From the IMG/VR virus record IMGVR_UViG_3300028027_000002, positions 47,871 to 111,870 of that record: a stretch of DNA of 64,000 bases; one strand, 5' to 3'. Both the position numbers and the translations under genes were made by a program. Shown piece after piece: positions 46,569 through 55,770 of the stretch. Positions within the stretch are counted from its first letter, which is position 1; each line of letters opens with the position of its first letter. This DNA comes from a virus. The notes beneath the pieces were generated by a model. The model was given only the letters and a program-made list of their open reading frames with translations. It did not search any database and was not told the DNA's origin.

Positions 46569-46696
46569 TGCCAAAGAAAAAAGCATCAGCATTTAATCCT
46601 GTTCAGATCAAAGATGGCTGGATTGTTAGACTATATAAAGATGGACGAGTAAAGTCTAAGATAGCACCATACGAACCAAAACATCCTACAAAGTAA
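46568..46696 (+). CDS. Small basic protein (not in ORF track)
   Basis: MPKKKASAFNPVQIKDGWIVRLYKDGRVKSKI, TAATG coupling. Confidence 0.5.
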   Translation: MPKKKASAFNPVQIKDGWIVRLYKDGRVKSKIAPYEPKHPTK

Positions 46697-46698
46697 AG

Positions 46699-46770
46699 CA
46701 CCCCTGGCAGGAATCGAACCTGCGACAAACGGATTAGAAGTCCGCTACTCTTCCGCTGAGTTACAGAGGT
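46699..46770 (-). tRNA. tRNA-Arg(TCT)
   Basis: Cloverleaf; GCGGA-CTTCTAA-TCCGT; GGTTCGATTCC. Confidence 0.92.
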
Positions 46771-46774
46771 ATTG

Positions 46775-46847
46775 TATCTCCAACGGAATTCGAATCCGTG
46801 TTGCTGCCGTGAAAGGGCAGAGTCCTAGGCCACTAGACGATGAAGAC
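46775..46847 (-). tRNA. tRNA-Glu(TTC)
   Basis: Cloverleaf; CTGCC-CTTTCAC-GGCAG. Confidence 0.92.
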
Positions 46848-46851
46848 TTAG

Positions 46852-46925
46852 TACATCTGGAAGGACTTGAACCTTCGGCTCTCTGCATATAAGGCAGGTA
46901 CTCTAACCAACTGAGTTACAGATGT
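46852..46925 (-). tRNA. tRNA-Ile(TAT)
   Basis: Cloverleaf; CTGC-CTTATAT-GCAG; GGTTCAAGTCC. Confidence 0.88.
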
Positions 46926-46929
46926 GTAG

Positions 46930-47004
46930 TACACCAGGTAGGACTTGAACCTACGAATAACCGAATTATGAGTTCGGGGCCTTAACCAACTTGGCTACTG
47001 GTGC
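46930..47004 (-). tRNA. tRNA with CAT anticodon (Met or Ile2)
   Basis: Cloverleaf; CCGAA-CTCATAA-TTCGG; lacks the initiator GGG/CCC anticodon stem. Confidence 0.9.
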
Positions 47005-47010
47005 TAGACC

Positions 47011-47154
47011 TTATGATACTAGTATGCCAAGAAGCATTCCAATTATGAAACATAGTGTTCCAACTGTCCAGTGATAATATGTTTTCATATGCTCTTTGAT
47101 AATATAACGCTTTAAATCTTTTGATATTTTTTCAAACTCTTTATTGTATGTCAT
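47011..47154 (-). CDS. Small membrane protein (not in ORF track)
   Basis: 47 aa, C-terminal TM, leaderless TATACT promoter. Confidence 0.5.
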   Translation of the reverse strand: MTYNKEFEKISKDLKRYIIKEHMKTYYHWTVGTLCFIIGMLLGILVS

Positions 47155-47185
47155 ATACTAAGTATATCAAAAAGAATTACCATTG

Positions 47186-47317
47186 TCAATTCTTGTCTGT
47201 GTTTTTTAAATCAACACTGTCTTTTGTTTCGTCTGCAGGGTTTTTGACTATCTTATCATTGTGAGTGCCATCACAATATGGATATATTTTTGATCTACCA
47301 CAGGTACATTGTCTCAT
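47186..47317 (-). CDS. CDGSH iron-sulfur (NEET-like) mini-protein (not in ORF track)
   Basis: MRQCTCGRSKIYPYCDGTH matches C-x-C-x2-S-x3-P-x-C-D-G-[ST]-H. Confidence 0.8.
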   Translation of the reverse strand: MRQCTCGRSKIYPYCDGTHNDKIVKNPADETKDSVDLKNTDKN

Positions 47318-47366
47318 TATTTAATTGTATCACATGCGAAACAACTAGTCAAGGTGTATTTTTTAT

Positions 47367-48026
47367 TTAGTACTTATTGTTTTCGTAAAAATCTTTTGTC
47401 TTAATAAATCCAACAACAACATATCTCATTGGTCCATCTTTAACAAAATTTACACCATGATGAAACTCTTCTGAGCCTGGGAATATTACCAGGGTTCCTG
47501 GTTTTGGTTTTAGTGTTACATTAATTTTATCAAAGAACAATTCTCCACCAACATAGTCATCATTTAGGTATAGGATAGCAGCGTACTGAATGGATGGGTC
47601 CGTATCCTGGTCCGTATGAGCATACAGTTGAACACCAGCATACATTCTTTGTAATATGTTAGTGCCGTTTACTATTAAATTTGGATCTGCCATTTGAATA
47701 ATGCTAACTATTTTATCGTCTATCTTTTTTGTAACATAATGATCTGAAATAGCAAGATTTTTATCTGTCCAGTTTTGAGTAATTTGCAATTTACCCTCTG
47801 CAACAAGATTGTCTATGTCATCTCTTCCATGCTTAAGTTTTGCAAATGCTTTTAAATTGTTTAGATAAATTTGTCCCCACTGCTCTTCAGTAGTGTTATT
47901 GATAACATCAAACAAACTATCTATATCTTCTTTAGATATGAAGTTTTCTATTGAAAGTATCCCGTTTGACACTTCCTCAAACTTTATTCCAAGTTCAGTT
48001 AACTCTTTAGAAAAAAATGTACTCAT
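47367..48026 (-). CDS. 2OG-Fe(II) oxygenase
   Basis: HTD...YLNDDYVGGELFF...HHGV...RY. Confidence 0.88.
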   Translation of the reverse strand: MSTFFSKELTELGIKFEEVSNGILSIENFISKEDIDSLFDVINNTTEEQWGQIYLNNLKAFAKLKHGRDDIDNLVAEGKLQITQNWTDKNLAISDHYVTKKIDDKIVSIIQMADPNLIVNGTNILQRMYAGVQLYAHTDQDTDPSIQYAAILYLNDDYVGGELFFDKINVTLKPKPGTLVIFPGSEEFHHGVNFVKDGPMRYVVVGFIKTKDFYENNKY

Positions 48027-48053
48027 ATACTAATGATACCACATATTGAAATA

Positions 48054-48512
48054 TTAGGATTTATCCCCATCCCATGTCCCAATTTTGGTTGTAGAAATCC
48101 CGTACTCTTCCCAAAGTCTTATAACATTTGGGTTATCATCTACAGCATGCAGGACATTCCAGTGTTTTTTAATCTTAAGTAATATATCTTTTTTAACTTC
48201 ATAGTCTGGCCTATTGTCTTCATCGCTACGCATATAAAGTGCATGGTGACCAATATCATTTTTAGCAAGCCAAAGCGAAGTTAGTCCACGCCAAACCTCC
48301 TTCCTTGATGTAACAATAAGAATATGCATCTGATCAAAGAAGGCTTCGTTCACCATTTGAATTACTTCAAAGTTTGGCAGGGCATCGATAGAGGCCTCAT
48401 GAAAAGCATTGTAGTCCCTATTGGAGCCACGAACAAGGTGAAGATAAGGATCTACATTGGCCAATGTTCCGTCTACATCAAATATGTATGCTCTAGGCTT
48501 AATCTTGATCAA
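48054..48512 (-). CDS. HAD-family phosphatase (T4 PNK/PseT 3'-phosphatase-like)
   Basis: IFDVDGTLA, VTSR, LYMR...RPDYEVK, VDD. Confidence 0.85.
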   Translation of the reverse strand: MIKIKPRAYIFDVDGTLANVDPYLHLVRGSNRDYNAFHEASIDALPNFEVIQMVNEAFFDQMHILIVTSRKEVWRGLTSLWLAKNDIGHHALYMRSDEDNRPDYEVKKDILLKIKKHWNVLHAVDDNPNVIRLWEEYGISTTKIGTWDGDKS

Positions 48513-48932
48513 CCTTATATGTCATTATAAAGTAGCATAGTGAATACCCAACAATAATAGATGCTGGAATTAAAAACAAAATTTCAATCATTCGAAGTCC
48601 TCCTGTCTTTCAAACATAGTTGTCATATAATTATCTTCTCCTCTTGCAATCTTTGCTGCAAGCATTCTCATACCAACTGCGTTGGTTACTGACTCTTCTA
48701 TTGGAAGAGCCTCAATAGCCCTTGCAATTTCTTCTCTCAATGCCATTTCGTCTATACTCATAGTTTAGCCACCAACTTGGATGCCATTTTAAGCCCCTTG
48801 ACTAGTCCATCATGATAGTCCTGATTTTTAATAACCTTGGTAGTATCCCAAATACGATAGGATTCTTGATCTAGTAGTTGTGCTATTTCTTGATTAGTCA
48901 TATTTCTATTATACAGTTAGTTGCTGTCTTTG

Positions 48933-49709
48933 TCAAGTAAAAAGATTTTTGTTATCTTTAACAAAATTAACTATCTTAATTCTATACTCTTCAGGCCAGT
49001 AACAATAAAACATCACACCTTCTATTCCATCTAACTTTAATTCGTTAATGATTTCTTTTAACTCCAAAGTTGTTGTTAATCTTATATCAGATCCAAGTTC
49101 TTTGCTGTTTTTTAATTTATTAAATTTTTCTTCATCATCTTCTATAAGTGGAAACATAGATAAAACTCTTGGTTTTGATATTTTTTTGTACTTAGCCACT
49201 TCAGCATGTGACTGGTATGCTGCAAAACTGTAGTCTCCATAGTTCTCAACAAGGGAGTTCATATCATCACCTTTACCAGATATGCATATCTTTGTTTCTA
49301 TTTTTAACTTTTTACAAAAATCAAAGAAGATTGGTATATAGTTTTTTAAATATTCTCTTCTTTCATAAAGGCTGGATGTATCATTTATCTCACCGATTAT
49401 CCCGCCCATACTTTTTTCTTCATCTAAAATTTGCCCAGACACAAAATTAATCCAAACCCTGCCAACATCTATAGAGTTTAATGATTTAATTATCATTCCA
49501 AGATTTTGTGGAGAAATTGTGTAAGGTCTGACTGCAACAATGTAAGTAAAATTCTGATCACTTTTAAGTGATCTGGCTATCTGTACAAAATAATCTCCAA
49601 CATCTGACCCATATGGCAAAAGGATTCCGCTGAAGCCATTGCTTTCTAAATCTAAAGACATTTCAGAAAGATTATTGTTGTGAGTTCTTCCAAACCAATA
49701 AACATTCAT
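48933..49709 (-). CDS. Luciferase-like (LLM-class, SsuD-like) monooxygenase, copy 3
   Basis: ESNGFSGILLP...YIVAVRPYTISPQ...GRVWINFVSG. Confidence 0.75.
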   Translation of the reverse strand: MNVYWFGRTHNNNLSEMSLDLESNGFSGILLPYGSDVGDYFVQIARSLKSDQNFTYIVAVRPYTISPQNLGMIIKSLNSIDVGRVWINFVSGQILDEEKSMGGIIGEINDTSSLYERREYLKNYIPIFFDFCKKLKIETKICISGKGDDMNSLVENYGDYSFAAYQSHAEVAKYKKISKPRVLSMFPLIEDDEEKFNKLKNSKELGSDIRLTTTLELKEIINELKLDGIEGVMFYCYWPEEYRIKIVNFVKDNKNLFT

Positions 49710-49922
49710 TTATTTATTTACCTTAACAATGTAATAAGTTCCCCACCACTCATATGGCTTATTAAGATATTTCCACATCTTTGCGTGGTATTTAAATCGT
49801 AAACCCAAGTTATCATCTTCATCTAAATATATAGCCTTGACTAAATGATTACCAGCATAGCCACCAAGAAAATTACCTATCCATCGTAATGGAAGTATAT
49901 TAGTCTTTTGAATCTTTTCCAT
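49710..49922 (-). CDS. Hypothetical protein
   Basis: ORF in minus-strand small-gene array. Confidence 0.5.
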   Translation of the reverse strand: MEKIQKTNILPLRWIGNFLGGYAGNHLVKAIYLDEDDNLGLRFKYHAKMWKYLNKPYEWWGTYYIVKVNK

Positions 49923-50389
49923 CTTGTGGCACCCACACTTTCTTCCCGTTTTTATATACTGGCCAATATCCCAAGGCTCTCCAGTCCATCTTCGTAATCT
50001 TAGGTTCTCTTGGCATTAGTACACCATACATGCCCATCACTCATAGTCTGATGAGTGTCCCAAAACAAGGGATCTTTCTTAGACATCTCGCACTTTAAGC
50101 ATTCGTTATTCATTGTCTATGCCGTTTCTTATTACCAAACTTAGACTTAACCTCAGACTTAGCCCTATCGACTATGGCTTTCGTAATCTCTTCAACACTA
50201 AACTCTTGGTCAAAGGTTTGCTCAGTATCCATTTATTTATCCATTTCAACGACACCCTTAGTGTCAAGACATAGTTTGCATATTTCAAAGAACATAGCAC
50301 CAGATGAGTCTATCCTGTAATCGTAATCACATTCGTGGGGGGTATTTCTCATCTCATTAAACTTTTTCCAAGGGTCTGTCATAAATTCA

Positions 50390-50599
50390 TTAATATCCAT
50401 TTAGGCACTCATTTCTTGTATGATATAGGCGAATCTTTGTCATAATTTTGCGGGATGGAGCATAAAGATCATCCTTACAAGTAGTACACCTATAAGACCA
50501 TTCACCAGTAAAGAAGTCATGAACATAACCCTTAGCGTTAGCATACTTCTTGGCTACGAAGGTTTGAAAAGGATCAGGTATATCGTAATGTTTAAGCAT
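50390..50599 (-). CDS. Small zinc-binding protein
   Basis: CTTC...H...C; likely start MLKHY. Confidence 0.5.
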   Translation of the reverse strand: MLKHYDIPDPFQTFVAKKYANAKGYVHDFFTGEWSYRCTTCKDDLYAPSRKIMTKIRLYHTRNECLNGY

Positions 50600-50822
50600 C
50601 TCGTCTCCAGTGAAGGTATGATCTAATATAAACAGCACCATAGGCTACTGCTGCAAAAATAAATCCGTATTGGTCTGTCACTAAAGCGTAGGCTATCCAT
50701 AGGCACTCATTGAACAATAGGACAAACCATCCCCATAGGGTTTTTCTTCCAACAAAGTAAATACCAGATACACCAATACAGGCAAGTACCCAGTGTGCAT
50801 AGTCAGCAATCCATTGAATCAT
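50592..50822 (-). CDS. PnuC-like small membrane protein
   Basis: Three TM helices, GRK..WGW, NECLWIAY, YIRSY..W. Confidence 0.55.
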   Translation of the reverse strand: MIQWIADYAHWVLACIGVSGIYFVGRKTLWGWFVLLFNECLWIAYALVTDQYGFIFAAVAYGAVYIRSYLHWRRDA

Positions 50823-50849
50823 ATATCCAGTATACCTTAAAGTCAGGGT

Positions 50850-51125
50850 TTAGTCAACTGATGGTTTTTGTTTCCACTTGGTTTTTACCCAAGTGCCTAT
50901 TTTATTAATGTTAACTTTTTCTCTAAGAACTTCTGCAAAATCTGTGCTTATCTCAGATCCAAGGTACTCCTCCCCAGTCTCTAAGTCAATAAGTTTCCAT
51001 TTTCCAGGAGCCTTAGTGTGAATAATTAAATCAACTGGCTTATCAAAAGAGTCAACCTCTGAACCATCTTTGAGTATTCTGCTATTCACTAGGATACAAG
51101 ACCCATAGATAGATGAACTAAGCAC
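50850..51125 (-). CDS. Hypothetical protein
   Basis: TKAPGKWKLIDLETGEEY motif; start uncertain. Confidence 0.5.
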   Translation of the reverse strand: MLSSSIYGSCILVNSRILKDGSEVDSFDKPVDLIIHTKAPGKWKLIDLETGEEYLGSEISTDFAEVLREKVNINKIGTWVKTKWKQKPSVD

Positions 51126-51296
51126 ACATCCGCAACAACATAGTCTTCGTGATCTACAACGATATCGTAATGTGTTGCATCTTTTTCACAAAAGAAGCAC
51201 TTAGATTTATTCATATATCCATTATATCATCTTTAAAGTTCGGCGCAAAATAGGAGTTATAAACCTCCCTATGCCCTAAACGGGCACCATTGGTTA

Positions 51297-51746
51297 CTAT
51301 CCCTGATTTGCCCATTTCCTTAAATTACATAACCCATGTGCTGGTCTAACATTTTCTAATGTATCTGAGCCACCCTTTGCAATAGGAACAACATGATCGA
51401 TATGCAAACCATGCTCCCAGCCATCTACCCCACATTTTCGGGGAGCCATAAAGTCAATTTCTAATCCACATAGGTAGCAATCAATACCATAGACAGATAT
51501 AACCTGGAGTTCATTATAGTCGTTCGTAATCTTTGCTCTGCGTCGCCTATTTTTAGATCGCTCTCGCTCCCTTACTTTCTCAAGGTTTCTTAGGCGATAT
51601 TTAGCAGTTACATGAGCACGATTATTTTTTTGATATCTGGCCTTATTATATAAATTGTTTGCAGTCAAACACTCAAGGCAAGGTTTAGTCTTATGGTTGT
51701 GGTGCTTTTTATATCCAGCATAGGTGCCACAGTTAGGATACATCAT
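51297..51746 (-). CDS. HNH endonuclease with N-terminal CGT...H...C..C motif
   Basis: CYLCG...HIDHVVPIAKGGSDTLENVRPAHGLCNLRK. Confidence 0.9.
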   Translation of the reverse strand: MMYPNCGTYAGYKKHHNHKTKPCLECLTANNLYNKARYQKNNRAHVTAKYRLRNLEKVRERERSKNRRRRAKITNDYNELQVISVYGIDCYLCGLEIDFMAPRKCGVDGWEHGLHIDHVVPIAKGGSDTLENVRPAHGLCNLRKWANQG

Positions 51747-51978
51747 CACTTTCCCACACCACAAGACACTTAGTACACTGGATGCCTGGCTCTCTCATAT
51801 ACCAAGTATGATCACAGCCCTTGGCTTTGTTTTGAGGTAGCCTGTGCTCACCTTTTTTGACCTGTTGTCTAAACTTTCCATTGGGGTCATGGACATGGCA
51901 CTTACCACTTGTTCTCCACTCCTCTACATAAATAGAGCAGGGAGTACCCTTCTTAGTAGTTGATGTACAAGATCTCAT
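51733..51978 (-). CDS. Zinc-binding hypothetical protein
   Basis: C...TKKGTPC...CHVH; CDH...CTKC. Confidence 0.55.
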   Translation of the reverse strand: MRSCTSTTKKGTPCSIYVEEWRTSGKCHVHDPNGKFRQQVKKGEHRLPQNKAKGCDHTWYMREPGIQCTKCLVVWESDDVS

Positions 51979-51987
51979 TAGCCCAAC

Positions 51988-52146
51988 TTACATTGGAAGA
52001 TAAGAGGCTATAAGGCCTTCTCTAATTGACTTCTGTTCTCTCTCAAACCTTGATGTCTTGTGATACGGATTGGCAGAGATTCTCTTCTTATTCTTTTGTG
52101 CTCGCTTTGCCTTGTGCTGGGATACTTTATTGTTAGTTTTTCTCAT
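51988..52146 (-). CDS. Small basic protein
   Basis: Lys/Arg-rich; -10-like element close to ATG. Confidence 0.45.
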   Translation of the reverse strand: MRKTNNKVSQHKAKRAQKNKKRISANPYHKTSRFEREQKSIREGLIASYLPM

Positions 52147-52196
52147 AGTACCAATAGTATCATGATTTGCCACGGTATGTCAAGTATAATGAGTCT

Positions 52197-52514
52197 ATGG
52201 ATGAAGCAGTCTTATACATACTATACAACCCACTACATAAGGCTGTCAAGGTGGGTATATCAGATATATCAGGCAGAAGGTTTGCAAGCCATAGGACCAA
52301 GGGTTGGATACTTATTAAGTATTGGCATTTTTTCGAACGGGATAAGGCAAGAGCCGTAGAAACCCTAGTACTAAGAACACTAAGGGAAAGATATGGACAC
52401 TTTTTGGATAAGGCGGATATGCCTCAAAGCGGATACACAGAGACCTTTGATGCCTCAAAGATAACCCGTAGGGCGTTGATCCGTATGGTCAATAAGGCTA
52501 TAAAGCAGACTTGA
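52197..52514 (+). CDS. GIY-YIG-superfamily nuclease-like protein
   Basis: LYILY...VKVGIS...RRFASH...E; leaderless TATAAT promoter. Confidence 0.55.
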   Translation: MDEAVLYILYNPLHKAVKVGISDISGRRFASHRTKGWILIKYWHFFERDKARAVETLVLRTLRERYGHFLDKADMPQSGYTETFDASKITRRALIRMVNKAIKQT

Positions 52515-52607
52515 TCCCCTGGCATTTTGGACATTGCTTAGTAGGGTTTGACACCCCATAAGGTACTTGAAACATACCCCCACAGTCAAAGCATAGGATA
52601 TCTAACA

Positions 52608-52793
52608 TTACTTACATGCCAGACAGTAGTACGGAGCACGAAGATTGTCTATATGGGTGTAGATGGTTTGAGCACACTTAGCACAGTTAATATGTACCAT
52701 GTTTGGGTCTACAGTAGGCATTGAGAGTTTAAAGTTTTTTGTATAGTATATCTTAGTGGCATACCAGGTGATTAGTATTATAATTATTTCCAT
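52608..52793 (-). CDS. Small membrane/zinc-ribbon protein
   Basis: Hydrophobic N-terminus; CAKC...CLAC. Confidence 0.5.
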   Translation of the reverse strand: MEIIIILITWYATKIYYTKNFKLSMPTVDPNMVHINCAKCAQTIYTHIDNLRAPYYCLACK

Positions 52794-52834
52794 TAGTCTA
52801 TTCTATCACATCAAGGTTAACAGTTATCCACAGG

Positions 52835-53065
52835 TTAGTGTTTATTTAGCCACTCCTGAAAATCTTTTTTGGCTTTCTCTTTTGGCCATCTGGAGAGATC
52901 ATCCCCATTCTTGATAGCCTCTTTTCTTTCATAATCATCCAAACCAATAAAGTATCCAACTATACTCAAACATACTGACCACCAAAAAGATAGTCCAAGA
53001 AGTGCTGAAAATACAATAAAGAATGCAGTTGTTAGTATTGGCTCTGTCTTGATTTTTTGATTCAT
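52835..53065 (-). CDS. Small membrane protein
   Basis: Two TM helices. Confidence 0.5.
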   Translation of the reverse strand: MNQKIKTEPILTTAFFIVFSALLGLSFWWSVCLSIVGYFIGLDDYERKEAIKNGDDLSRWPKEKAKKDFQEWLNKH

Positions 53066-53078
53066 AGTTTCCTATAAG

Positions 53079-53402
53079 TTAAAATGATAGGATTGTAGCA
53101 ACAAATAGAGCAAGGATTAGAAGCCCAAACGAACCACACAAGAAGAGAGCAACACCATTTAGATATACCTGATTCATTGCTGATTTTCTAAGTTGGTTTG
53201 GCTTTGTATAAAACTCTGGATCAATACTTTCTATTAAAGCCCTTGCCTCATTCACAGGAATCTTTTCTTCCCTTGCAGCACCAAAGATATCTCTGACTGC
53301 TTCATCAACATATAGTTTTGCATCTTCTGGAGATAACTCAGACATTTCTTTTTTGATTCTTATCTTAAGGTGTACAAGGCTTTCTCCGTCTTTTAGTATC
53401 AT
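53079..53402 (-). CDS. Membrane protein with C-terminal TM
   Basis: ORF with upstream TTGACA-17-TATACT. Confidence 0.5.
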   Translation of the reverse strand: MILKDGESLVHLKIRIKKEMSELSPEDAKLYVDEAVRDIFGAAREEKIPVNEARALIESIDPEFYTKPNQLRKSAMNQVYLNGVALFLCGSFGLLILALFVATILSF

Positions 53403-54480
53403 TGTAATCTTTCTGTTGTAGTTATATTCTAAGTATATACCCGCAGATGTGGTTTGTCAATAGGACTTATCCACAGATAAATACCCATAAAAATGTTAGT
53501 TATCCACACCTTTATCCACAGATAAATGTTACTGATTATATTATTAGACAGTCTAGAAGTGGAGTGAAGTGGAGGATAGTGGAGTAGGGAGCATCTTTAA
53601 AGAGGGCGTCGTAATCTTTTATAGCGGCCAAACCTCACATCTCCAAACCTTATAGCCCCCTTATACCACATATGAATCATATTGTCAAACCTTTGTATGC
53701 ATGGTTTGGGCATTATATACCAAACCTTTGTATTTGTCAAGCCCATTTTATGCCAAAACCTCATATAAAATTTGCTCAAATTTGCTCAGAAAATAAAGAA
53801 AACCTTCATAAAAATATATAAAGGTTTGGAAAAGTTTTAAAAATCAGGAAATAATTTATAGTGGTTTGTTATGGTGTATATACTATAGGGGATTGTGGGT
53901 TTCATCTTGATCCCCTGGCAAAATCGCCTGGTACGGGGAAGAAAAATGCTCCATCGTAATCTTATTTTGAAAAGCCCTGGTACGGGGAAAAATTTTGCTC
54001 CTTCGTAATCTTTTTTTAGAAGAGCGTCAGTTGTGTATAGACGTTGTCCCCACCTGCGGTGTCCTTAGCAGGATTATGATTCATTTTTAGCGGGGGAGAC
54101 TTAGGAAAGAAAGCCTTAAGAGTAACAATAGAATACAACATACCAGTTAAAGCACCCACTGCTTGATCAAACCCATATGAATCATATGGTGTATCATGTC
54201 TATGTGATTTGCTATTAATCATCTGAGCAAAATGGTCTCTAGGCATATCTTTATTATAACACCAGATATGAAGGTTTGACAAACAAGGTTTGATATGGTA
54301 TAAGGTTTGGTACGGGGAAAAGAATTCGTCCTTCGTAATCTTATTCTGGGAAAAATAAATGAGTGATCGTAATCTTATTTTGGAAATGTGGTTTGTCTAA
54401 TATGTCCGATTTGATATGATTTGACGTCGACGTCCCATAACCCCAGGCTTTTGTCAAGCCCAGGGATCAAGGATAAGATA
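53403..54480. repeat. Largely non-coding repeat-rich region (candidate origin/control region)
   Basis: DnaA boxes at 53467, 53500, 53512; many CAAACCT/AGGTTTG heptamers; AT-rich stretch 53760-53870; three TGGTACGGGGAA...TCGTAATCTT direct repeats. Confidence 0.6.
54016..54246 (-). CDS. Hypothetical protein
   Basis: Leaderless TATAAT-6-ATG (MPRDHF...). Confidence 0.45.
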   Translation of the reverse strand: MPRDHFAQMINSKSHRHDTPYDSYGFDQAVGALTGMLYSIVTLKAFFPKSPPLKMNHNPAKDTAGGDNVYTQLTLF

Positions 54481-54481
54481 G

Positions 54482-54793
54482 TTACTCTTGTGTGTCGGGT
54501 GGTGTGTTTTCTTTTTTGTTGTAGGCAAACGCCAAAATTGAGCCAAGGTCTCTATCTTCAATAGAGCCATCAACTTCTTCCTCAGTGACATTAATTAAAT
54601 CTAGAAACATCTTGAATGTTTCATTAATCATTTCTTCACCAAGTGGTGTTAGGTCTTTAATCAAACCTTGTGCCACCATGTATGCCATTGGACAACCTAG
54701 GTCGTTGTATTCCATAAAATTCTTGAAGTCTTCATCTTCACGGAATTCAATCCATAGTTGACCAATCGTTCCTGCTTTATCTGCGAAGTCCAT
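54482..54793 (-). CDS. Hypothetical acidic protein
   Basis: ORF; FMEYNDLGCPMAY motif. Confidence 0.6.
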   Translation of the reverse strand: MDFADKAGTIGQLWIEFREDEDFKNFMEYNDLGCPMAYMVAQGLIKDLTPLGEEMINETFKMFLDLINVTEEEVDGSIEDRDLGSILAFAYNKKENTPPDTQE

Positions 54794-55016
54794 TTACGGG
54801 TCCTTTCATCTCTAACATAAGTTTATCATACTCTTCCATAGATGTCAAACTCAAAACCTCTAGTCTGTGGTAGTTAATCAAGGGTAGGTTTCTTACCATG
54901 TAGTATCCTACTCTTTCTAAGTCTACCGCAAAATCTTGGGTAAGAAGTCTGCCTAACTGTTCTGCCATTCGTGTTTCTTTATTATGAGTCGCCGTTCGTC
55001 TAATTGAATAAGCCAT
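54777..55016 (-). CDS. Hypothetical protein
   Basis: GAGGAG RBS; TTGCGC-17-TACAAT promoter. Confidence 0.55.
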   Translation of the reverse strand: MAYSIRRTATHNKETRMAEQLGRLLTQDFAVDLERVGYYMVRNLPLINYHRLEVLSLTSMEEYDKLMLEMKGPVNGLRR

Positions 55017-55111
55017 AGGTATCTCCTCTGTTCCATTGTATCAAAAAGTAAGGGGGAGCGCAAGCCTACGAAAACCTACGCTCCACCCTGTTAGTCTAAG
55101 GGACCCACTCC

Positions 55112-55480
55112 TTAGATCTGCTCAACCAAAACCTTTGGCACATAAGCATTAATAAATAACTGCCAGTCAACCTGTAGGTCTCTGCCAGCCTCATAGATAG
55201 TCTCTTTAGCAATATCGATGACTACCGTCGTCTCACCTAGTTCAAAGTTAGTACCAGTAATAGCATAGATACCAAACCCTGTTTCCTCCAGAATTGAATC
55301 TTGCATAAGATAACTAATCATCATACGGGTAAAGTAAGCATAGTCGCTCCACCTAGGTTTTGAATGCTGCAGCGCCATTGCTAGGTCCCGCTGCCACTCA
55401 GTCTCACCCCAGTGGCTATATAGGACTACATGCGCCTCATCTTCAACATCCTTGAATACAAAGTTGATCCGTGCTCCCAT
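55112..55480 (-). CDS. Hypothetical phage protein (LYSHWG motif)
   Basis: AGGAG RBS; MGAR...LYSHWG...YFTRMMI. Confidence 0.6.
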   Translation of the reverse strand: MGARINFVFKDVEDEAHVVLYSHWGETEWQRDLAMALQHSKPRWSDYAYFTRMMISYLMQDSILEETGFGIYAITGTNFELGETTVVIDIAKETIYEAGRDLQVDWQLFINAYVPKVLVEQI

Positions 55481-55770
55481 TAGTCTTGCTCCTTAAAAGA
55501 TACAATTGATAGTTGATTTAAAATTTCATTGCAGAGGTCCTCTTCATTATCTGATTCGGCCTCGTATCTAAATGTCATGTAGTCGCCTGTAGGCTCAAAG
55601 ATTGTTTCAACTTTCCAACTAGGCATTCTCTACCTCAAATGTTTGAATAGTTGTGTAGTGAATAATCTCCTTAACTAAATCCTCTTTTGACCTAGCAGAT
55701 GACTCGTAGTCAAGGATTGTGAGAGATTGCTTTGTTGGTTCAAAAACAAAATACAGGTTGTATTTAGCCA

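Noticed and set aside
53597-53779. 60-aa minus-strand ORF in the repeat field
   Set aside because: Built from the CAAACCT repeats and promoter-like sequence; no supporting RBS or motif
53925-54385. Direct repeats as a CRISPR array
   Set aside because: Degenerate, irregularly spaced, no constant-length unique spacers
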